This document shows, in pieces, positions 17,425-23,297 of a DNA stretch of 23,297 nucleotides. Location of the stretch: assembly GCA_031372565.1 (NCBI GenBank), contig JANMLN010000015.1, positions 1-23,297 of the forward strand, in the 5' to 3' direction. The notes below the pieces were generated by a model. The model was not told the origin of the DNA. It ran no database searches and saw nothing but the letters and a program-made list of their open reading frames with translations. The stretch is from Gemmatimonadota bacterium (GTDB lineage: Bacteria > Gemmatimonadota > Gemmatimonadetes > Gemmatimonadales > Gemmatimonadaceae). A program made the translations under genes and the position numbers. Positions within the stretch are counted from its first letter, which is position 1. Each line of letters opens with the position of its first letter.

Positions 17425-18591
17425 ATGATGCGCGGAATGCGTTCAGCATGGCGAGTCTGGTGCGGTTGCACGTTCGTGCTGCCCGTCGTGCTGCCCGTCG
17501 TGCTGTCCGCATGCCGAGATACCACGGCTCCGGGCGGGCGCCTCTCGGCCGTCTGGAGTGTGCCGCTGGGAACAGGCCGGTCCATCGACGGCGCAGCGAA
17601 TTCGGTGCCGGCAGCCGACGCTGATATGGTGATTTTTTCGGTCGCACAAGGCGGCGAGGCCGTCGTAGTAGCGCTCGATGCGAGTACCGGCGGCAGTCGC
17701 TGGGCGCGCGCGATACCTGGCCCATCCGTCGGCTCGTACAGCGACCTCGTACTCACCCCGACGCGGGTCGTCAGGGCTACCCCGAACCAGCTCACGGTGC
17801 TTGATCGCGCCGGAAACATCTTGTGGGATTCAACGTACCCGGAGGTGGGGGGCGTGTCCGGGATGCACGTTCGCGGCGACACGGTGCTCGTCGCCACCGG
17901 CCGGACCGTCGCGGCGTGGCAGCTCTCGACCGGCGTGCGACTGTGGCGGCAGGACTATCCAGTGGACAGCGCGCTCGTACGACTGGGTGGCGTCACGGTG
18001 AGTGGCGACACCGTGTACGCCTCGGGCACGCGCTTCTTCAGCGTGGGCGCGGACAAGCAGGGAGTTATCCTGGCCTTGCGCCTTGGCGACGGCGCCTCCC
18101 TTTGGCGCTTGGAACCGCCCGTGCCGGAGTTCGCCAGCTTCACGAGCGCCGCCAGCATCGCAGGCTCTCTGCTGCTGCTCCTCGATTTCGGCTCTGGTGG
18201 GGTGCAGGCGGTGGATCGCTTTGCGCCGGTTCGTGTGTGGCGCACGGTGGGGCTCCCGTGCTGCGTTGGCGGGATCGGCTCGCCTATTGTCGACGGCAGC
18301 ACACTGTACTATGCCGGTGGCGACGAAACCGTGCGCGCGTTGGATGTGACGACGGGGCGCGAACGGTGGCGCGCCCAGTCCGAGGGCGGCTTTCGTGCGC
18401 AGGCCGTGGCGTGTGGAGGCCGGATCTGGGCCACCAACTTCGCGCTGCGTGCGTACGACCTCGCCACCGGTGCCCCCCGCGGCGTCGCGCTGGATGGTCA
18501 GGAGGAGTACGCATCGTCCGCGCTTGCAACCGCACGCGGGCTCGTGTTCGTGGCCTCCCAGCAGCGCTTCAACGCGTTCGCGTGCAACTGA
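17425..18591 (+). CDS. PQQ-like/BamB-like beta-propeller lipoprotein, copy 3
   Basis: ATG directly follows the orphan fragment's TAG. Lipobox LSAC. Same 359-aa mature domain ending QRFNAFACN. Confidence 0.85.
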   Translation: MMRGMRSAWRVWCGCTFVLPVVLPVVLSACRDTTAPGGRLSAVWSVPLGTGRSIDGAANSVPAADADMVIFSVAQGGEAVVVALDASTGGSRWARAIPGPSVGSYSDLVLTPTRVVRATPNQLTVLDRAGNILWDSTYPEVGGVSGMHVRGDTVLVATGRTVAAWQLSTGVRLWRQDYPVDSALVRLGGVTVSGDTVYASGTRFFSVGADKQGVILALRLGDGASLWRLEPPVPEFASFTSAASIAGSLLLLLDFGSGGVQAVDRFAPVRVWRTVGLPCCVGGIGSPIVDGSTLYYAGGDETVRALDVTTGRERWRAQSEGGFRAQAVACGGRIWATNFALRAYDLATGAPRGVALDGQEEYASSALATARGLVFVASQQRFNAFACN

Positions 18592-18645
18592 GCCTGGGTT
18601 TCCCAGTCGGAAACGCGCAGGCGCCTTGCTGACCCAACTCCCAAC

Positions 18646-18674
18646 TTGTTGTGAGCACATCGGTTAGTTAGCTT
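18646..18674 (+). promoter_or_regulatory. Putative sigma70 promoter of ffh
   Basis: TTGTTG (18646-18651), 17-nt spacer, TAGCTT (18669-18674). ATG follows 8 nt later with no SD. Confidence 0.5.
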
Positions 18675-18682
18675 CCACGGCT

Positions 18683-20011
18683 ATGTTTGACGAGCTCGCA
18701 GAAAAGCTGGAACAGACCTTCGCCCGCCTCCGCGGGCGGGGCGTACTGACCGATGCCGACATCAAGGACGGTCTGCGGGAGATCCGCCGCGTCCTCCTCG
18801 AAGCCGACGTTTCGTTCCAGCTGACGCGCGACTTCCTCGAGCGCGTTGAAGAGCGCGCGAAGGGGGTTGCCGCGCTGCGCACGGTGCAGCCCGCCCAGCA
18901 ACTCGTCAAGATCGTCTACGACGAGCTGACCACCATGCTCGGCGAGCGGCGCGCGCCGCTCAAGCTGAGCTCGGTCCCGCCGACGGTCGTGATGCTCGTC
19001 GGTCTCCAGGGCTCGGGCAAGACGACCAGCGCGGCCAAGCTCGCCCGCAAGCTCAAGGACGAACACAAGGCGGTGCGCATGATCGCGGCGGACGTGTATC
19101 GCCCGGCCGCCATCGACCAGCTCGAGACGCTCGGCAAGTCGCTCGACATTCCGGTCTACGCCGATCGCACCACGACCGACGTCGTGAAGATCGCGCGCGC
19201 CGGGCTCGAACTCGCACGCCGTGAGCGCGACCGCGTGGTCATTGTCGACACCGCAGGCCGCCTGCAGATCGACGAGGACATGATGGCCGAGCTGGTGCGC
19301 CTCAAGGAGGCGATCCGCCCGGACGAGATCCTGCTCGTGGCCGACGGCATGACCGGTCAGGACGCCGTGAAGATCGCGGAGGGGTTCAACAGCCGCCTCG
19401 ACGTGACCGGCGTGATCCTCACCAAGATGGACGGTGATGCGCGCGGCGGTGCCGCCCTGTCGATCTACGGCACGCTCAAGAAGCCGATCAAGTACATCGG
19501 CGTCGGCGAGAAGACGGACGCCCTCGAGGAGTTCCACCCGGACCGCATGGCCGGGCGCATCCTCCAGCAGGGCGACGTCCTCACCCTCGTCGAAAAGGCG
19601 CAGGAAGCGTTCGACAACGACACGGCCAAGGCGCTCGAAAAGAAGGTCCGCAAGGAAGGGATGGACCTGAACGACTTCCTGCAGGCCATGAAGCAGGTGC
19701 AGAAGCTCGGGCCGCTCGAGGGCGTCCTCAAGATGCTGCCCGGCGTGAACACCAAGATGCTCAAGGACGCCAAGGTCGACCCGAAGCGCCTCAAGCACAT
19801 CGAGGCGATCGTGCTGTCGATGACGGCCGCGGAACGGAAGGACCCGACCCTGATGAACGGATCGCGCCGAGCGCGCGTGGCCAAGGGAAGCGGGCGCCCG
19901 GTGAGCGAGGTCAACCGGCTTCTTGAGCAGTTCCGGGAAATGCGCAAGATGATGAAAAAGGCCAGTTCCGGGGGGATGCGCATGCCTCCCATGTTCGGCG
20001 GCTTTCGTTAG
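18683..20011 (+). CDS. ffh: Signal recognition particle protein
   Basis: GLQGSGKTT, DTAGRL, TKMDGDARGGAALS, FHPDRMAGRIL, Met-rich M domain with SRRARVAKGSG. Confidence 0.98.
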   Translation: MFDELAEKLEQTFARLRGRGVLTDADIKDGLREIRRVLLEADVSFQLTRDFLERVEERAKGVAALRTVQPAQQLVKIVYDELTTMLGERRAPLKLSSVPPTVVMLVGLQGSGKTTSAAKLARKLKDEHKAVRMIAADVYRPAAIDQLETLGKSLDIPVYADRTTTDVVKIARAGLELARRERDRVVIVDTAGRLQIDEDMMAELVRLKEAIRPDEILLVADGMTGQDAVKIAEGFNSRLDVTGVILTKMDGDARGGAALSIYGTLKKPIKYIGVGEKTDALEEFHPDRMAGRILQQGDVLTLVEKAQEAFDNDTAKALEKKVRKEGMDLNDFLQAMKQVQKLGPLEGVLKMLPGVNTKMLKDAKVDPKRLKHIEAIVLSMTAAERKDPTLMNGSRRARVAKGSGRPVSEVNRLLEQFREMRKMMKKASSGGMRMPPMFGGFR

Positions 20012-20129
20012 CTTTCGAGGCTGTCCAAGGCACGACCCCGGGTGCGGCGCGGATATCCCGCGTGCGCGATGAGCCCGGCGCACCACACGCTCTACGCGCT
20101 CCACTCACCCTGATCGAGGCACGATTCTC

Positions 20130-20432
20130 ATGGTTCGCATCCGTTTGCGCCGCATTGGCCGCAAGAATGCCCCGCAGTACCGTATCGTCGTCGCTGACTC
20201 GCGCTCCCCGCGCGACGGCAAGTTCCTGGAGATCATCGGCCAGTACGTCCCGCTTCAGGGCGAGACCGCAGTCAACCTCAAGGCCGACCGCGCCAACTAC
20301 TGGCTCGACAAGGGCGCCCAGCCCTCCGACACCGTCCGCTCGCTCCTGCGGAAGGCCGGCGTGATGAAGGCGCGTCACGAGGCCAAGGTCGGCGCCAAGC
20401 GCGCCGCTGCCGCGGTCAAGGTCGCAGAGTAA
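20130..20432 (+). CDS. rpsP: 30S ribosomal protein S16
   Basis: [31 protein letters not shown]...[12 protein letters not shown]. Confidence 0.98.
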   Translation: MVRIRLRRIGRKNAPQYRIVVADSRSPRDGKFLEIIGQYVPLQGETAVNLKADRANYWLDKGAQPSDTVRSLLRKAGVMKARHEAKVGAKRAAAAVKVAE

Positions 20433-20457
20433 CCCTGTCGTTGCGCCCGACCGGCAC

Positions 20458-21033
20458 GTGAGCGCGCCAAGCGCCGCGTACGCCCTCGTCGGGCGCATCC
20501 GCAAGGCCCACGGGATCCGCGGCGAACTCGTCGTGGAGCCGATGACCGATCAGCCGGAGGCGTTCTTCGCCCCCGGCTCTCGCGTTTTCGCCGGTGATCC
20601 GAGCGGCGAGCCGCTCGCGGCTCCGCCGCTGCCAGGAGCGCGCCGCGACCCGCAGGCGCCACCGATGACGCTCACCATCACGGCGGTGCGAACGCACCAG
20701 TCGGCCCTGCTCATCACCGTCGACCTCGTGCGCGATCGCACGGAAGCCGAGTTGTGGCGAGGGCGCACCCTGCTGGTGCCGGTCGAGGAGTTGATCGAAC
20801 CCGAGGCGGGCGAGGTCTTTCTCCATGAACTCCCCGGCTTCGCCGCCTTTGACGAAGCGGGTGCCTCGCTCGGAGAGGTCACCGACTGGTACGAGGTGCC
20901 GCAGGGGATCCTGCTCGGTGTCACGCACGAGGGTCGCGAGCTGCTCGTGCCGTTCGTCGACGAAATGGTCGTGACGCTCGATCGACCGGGGCGACGTGTC
21001 GTGCTGCGCCTGCCAGAGGGGCTCGGCGCCTGA
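20458..21033 (+). CDS. rimM: Ribosome maturation factor RimM
   Basis: VGRIRKAHGIRGEL, ELLVPFV, position between rpsP and trmD. GTG start. Confidence 0.93.
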   Translation: MSAPSAAYALVGRIRKAHGIRGELVVEPMTDQPEAFFAPGSRVFAGDPSGEPLAAPPLPGARRDPQAPPMTLTITAVRTHQSALLITVDLVRDRTEAELWRGRTLLVPVEELIEPEAGEVFLHELPGFAAFDEAGASLGEVTDWYEVPQGILLGVTHEGRELLVPFVDEMVVTLDRPGRRVVLRLPEGLGA

Positions 21034-21701
21034 TGCTCACGATCAACGTCATCACGCTTTTTCCCGAGTACTTCGCGCCGCTCTCGCTCTCGATTCCGGC
21101 ACAGGCGGCCACGGCTGGCAGCGTCACGTATCGCATCATCCAGCTGCGCGACTTCACGCACGATCGCCACAAGTCGGTGGACGACTATCCGTACGGCGGT
21201 GGCGCGGGGATGGTGATGAAGCCCGATCCCTTCTTCGAGGCGGTCGAGTCGATCGGGGCGAAGGCGCCTATCGTGCTCCTGTCGCCGCGCGGGCGCCGGT
21301 TCACGCAGGCCGACGCGATGCGCTTTGCCGGCGACACCGAGATGACGCTCCTCTGTGGCCACTACAAGGATGTGGACCAGCGCGTCGCCGATCACCTCGC
21401 CACCGAAGAGCTGTCGCTTGGGGACTTCGTGCTGTCGGGCGGCGAGCCGGCGGCCATGGCGATCATCGACAGCGTGGTGCGACTGCTGCCGGGTGCCATG
21501 AGTGACCACGACAGCGCACGCACCGACTCGTTCTACGAGGACGCGAACGGGTTGTCGGCGCCGAGCTACACGCGTCCCGCCGACTTTCGCGGCATGGCGG
21601 TGCCTGAGGTGCTGCTGAGCGGCGATCACGCGAAGATCGCGAAGTGGCGCAAGACGGAAGGGGAGCGCCTGACCCTCGAGCGACGGCCGCCGGCGAAGTA
21701 A
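21033..21701 (+). CDS. trmD: tRNA (guanine-N1)-methyltransferase
   Basis: VITLFPE, VDDYPYGGGAGMVMKP, LSPRG, SLGDFVLSGGE, YTRP, VPEVLLSGDH. TGATG overlap with rimM. Confidence 0.97.
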   Translation: MLTINVITLFPEYFAPLSLSIPAQAATAGSVTYRIIQLRDFTHDRHKSVDDYPYGGGAGMVMKPDPFFEAVESIGAKAPIVLLSPRGRRFTQADAMRFAGDTEMTLLCGHYKDVDQRVADHLATEELSLGDFVLSGGEPAAMAIIDSVVRLLPGAMSDHDSARTDSFYEDANGLSAPSYTRPADFRGMAVPEVLLSGDHAKIAKWRKTEGERLTLERRPPAK

Positions 21702-21709
21702 GGCGAGCT

Positions 21710-21804
21710 GTCGTCCTGAGCGCAGCGAAGGACCTGCTTGTGCGTCACATCACACACAAGCAGGTCCTTCGACTTCGCGCCTTCGGCGCTTCGCTCAGGA
21801 CGAC
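21710..21804. repeat. Palindromic REP/REPIN-like element, copy A
   Basis: GTCGTCCTGAGCG-CAGCGAAGGACCTGCTTGTG...CACAAGCAGGTCCTTCG-[ACTTCGCGCCTTCGGCG]-CTTCGCTCAGGACGAC, 8 nt after the trmD stop. Confidence 0.9.
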
Positions 21805-21889
21805 CGCAAGTTGGGTCTTGCCGAACGCCGGTTTGTGCCACACCGTAGCGCGTTACCGCGATTGACCCACCCCCTTCGGAGGTCACTGC

Positions 21890-23050
21890 ATGACGCACCG
21901 TGCACTCGTTGCTGCGCTCGCGCTCGCCGCCACTGCCTGTGCCGACTCGGGCACGCGCCCGGCGGCCGAGACCGAACTTCCCGTGCAGGAAGCGAACCTG
22001 ATTCCCGGGCAGTACATCGTCATTCTCAAGCCCTCGGCCTCGTCCTCGCAGATCATGAATGCCGTTGTGCCGATGCCCGGGGTGCAGGTGCGCAACGTGT
22101 ACGCGTCGGCCATCAACGGCTTCGCGGCGCAGCTGTCCCCGGCCGCGCTCGCGGCGCTGCAGAGCGACCCGAACGTGGCGTACATCGAGCAGGACCAGTG
22201 GATGTCGGCGGACGCGACGCAGTCGAACGCGACGTGGGGGATTGATCGCATCGACCAGCGCAACCTGCCGCTCAGCACCACCTACACCTACACCAACACG
22301 GGTGCCGGGGTGACGGTCTACATCATCGACACCGGCATCAACACCACGCACGGCGAGTTTGGCGGCCGCGCCTCGAACGGCTTTGATGCCGTCGGCGATG
22401 GCCGCAACGGCGTCGACTGCAACGGTCACGGCACGCATGTCGCGGGCACGGTGGGCGGTGCCGCGTACGGTGTAGCCAAGGGAGTCACGCTCAAGGCCGT
22501 GCGGGTCCTCAACTGTTCCGGCTCGGGCTCCAACTCCGGCGTGATTGCCGGCGTGGACTGGGTCACGGCCAATCGCAGCGGTCCCTCCGTTGCCAACATG
22601 TCGTTGGGCGGCGGTGCGTCGACGGCGCTCGACAACGCCGTGGCCAACTCGGTCGCCGCTGGCGTGACGTATGCGGTCGCCGCCGGCAACAGCAATCGCA
22701 ACGCGTGCAACTACTCGCCGGCCCGCACCGGCGTCGCGATCACCGTCGGCGCGACGACCAACACCGATGCGCGCGCGTCGTACTCGAACTACGGAAGCTG
22801 CCTCGACATCTTCGCGCCGGGCTCGAGCATCACGTCGGCGTGGATCGGGTCGAACACCGCGACGAACACCATCAGCGGCACGTCGATGGCGTCTCCGCAC
22901 GTGGCCGGCGTCGCGGCGCTGTACCTGCAGTCGAATGGCACGGCGACGCCTGCGACGGTCCGCAACGCGCTCGTCGCGAATGCCACCGCCGGCAAGGTGA
23001 CGAGCGCCGGCAGGAACTCGCCCACCGCGCTGCTGTTCACGAACTACTAG
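21890..23050 (+). CDS. S8 subtilase (aqualysin/proteinase K-like) with I9-type propeptide; probable lipoprotein
   Basis: GGAGGT SD. Signal ending ATAC; YIEQDQ; TWGIDRIDQR; triad IIDTG, HGTHVAG, GTSMASPHVAG. Confidence 0.95.
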   Translation: MTHRALVAALALAATACADSGTRPAAETELPVQEANLIPGQYIVILKPSASSSQIMNAVVPMPGVQVRNVYASAINGFAAQLSPAALAALQSDPNVAYIEQDQWMSADATQSNATWGIDRIDQRNLPLSTTYTYTNTGAGVTVYIIDTGINTTHGEFGGRASNGFDAVGDGRNGVDCNGHGTHVAGTVGGAAYGVAKGVTLKAVRVLNCSGSGSNSGVIAGVDWVTANRSGPSVANMSLGGGASTALDNAVANSVAAGVTYAVAAGNSNRNACNYSPARTGVAITVGATTNTDARASYSNYGSCLDIFAPGSSITSAWIGSNTATNTISGTSMASPHVAGVAALYLQSNGTATPATVRNALVANATAGKVTSAGRNSPTALLFTNY

Positions 23051-23051
23051 C

Positions 23052-23151
23052 TGTCGTCCTGAGCGCAGCGCCGAAGGCGCGAAGTCGAAGGACCTGCTTG
23101 TCCGCCGAGGAAACGGCAACAAGCAGGTCCTTCGCTGCGCTCAGGACGACA
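23052..23151. repeat. Palindromic REP/REPIN-like element, copy B (inverted relative to A)
   Basis: TGTCGTCCTGAGCGCAG-[CGCCGAAGGCGCGAAGT]-CGAAGGACCTGCTTGT...ACAAGCAGGTCCTTCGCTGCGCTCAGGACGACA, 1 nt after the S8 stop. Confidence 0.9.
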
Positions 23152-23163
23152 ATGACAAGCAGG

Positions 23164-23297
23164 GGCGATTTCAGTCGGTCAGTGCAACAGTTGAATTGAA
23201 GACCTGCCCCGGCATGCGAAAGCCCAACGTCTGTCGGGGGCGGGTATTGAGCTTCCAGGCGATGGTGTCCAGATCGGCTTGCGTGAGCCCACGGAAG
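23164..23297 (-). mobile_element. IS30-family insertion sequence, terminal end; continues beyond the window
   Basis: Transposase C-terminus runs into a terminal GTTGCACTGACCGACTGAAATCGCC, the IS30-type arrangement with the stop codon inside the IR. Boundary is approximate, within about 2 nt. Confidence 0.8.
23171..23297 (-). CDS. IS30-family transposase, C-terminal 41 aa
   Basis: Hand translation FRGLTQADLDTIAWKLNTRPRQTLGFRMPGQVFNSTVALTD*, matching the IS30 LNxRPRKxLG...P...VA ending. Confidence 0.85.
   Translation of the reverse strand, partial: FRGLTQADLDTIAWKLNTRPRQTLGFRMPGQVFNSTVALTD

Noticed and set aside
14938..18591. Calling the propellers bamB or PQQ dehydrogenases
   Set aside because: Only fold-level motifs are shared. 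Triplication, gene context and missing catalytic motifs argue against orthology.
12416..18682. att sites or target duplication around the lipase cassette
   Set aside because: No convincing direct repeat, integrase or tRNA at either boundary.
20012..20129. ncRNA or ribosomal-protein leader between ffh and rpsP
   Set aside because: Only short GC-rich stems expected by chance; no SRP RNA or tRNA motifs.
18668..23122. 478-, 359- and 498-aa minus-strand ORFs
   Set aside because: Antisense shadows of ffh, rimM/trmD and the S8 protease.
21710..23151. CRISPR array
   Set aside because: Two long palindromes 1.2 kb apart; no regular direct repeat-spacer units and no cas genes.

Overview
High-GC bacterial window, Gemmatimonadota-like by inference (gene content, FCB-type TrmD motif, many lipoproteins). 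The left part holds a PQQ alcohol dehydrogenase (5' part), a PAS hybrid kinase, an esterase, thiD, an M48 peptidase, a coupled trmH-like / prepilin peptidase / HExxH lipoprotein run, a DUF445-like gene and lon. The right part holds ffh-rpsP-rimM-trmD, then an S8 protease between two palindromic REP-like elements, and the 3' end of an IS30-family element. The main find is a ~5.8 kb cassette between lon and ffh (12842-18591). It encodes a 698-aa lipoprotein with a C-terminal GHSQG lipase-type domain, three near-identical beta-propeller lipoproteins (copies 1 and 2 ~85% identical), and an orphan 144-nt allelic copy of the lipase 3' end directly before the third propeller. This layout resembles polymorphic toxin-immunity loci, but with a lipoprotein lipase and PQQ/BamB-like propellers. 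The toxin/immunity function is inferred, not shown. All counts are by hand.
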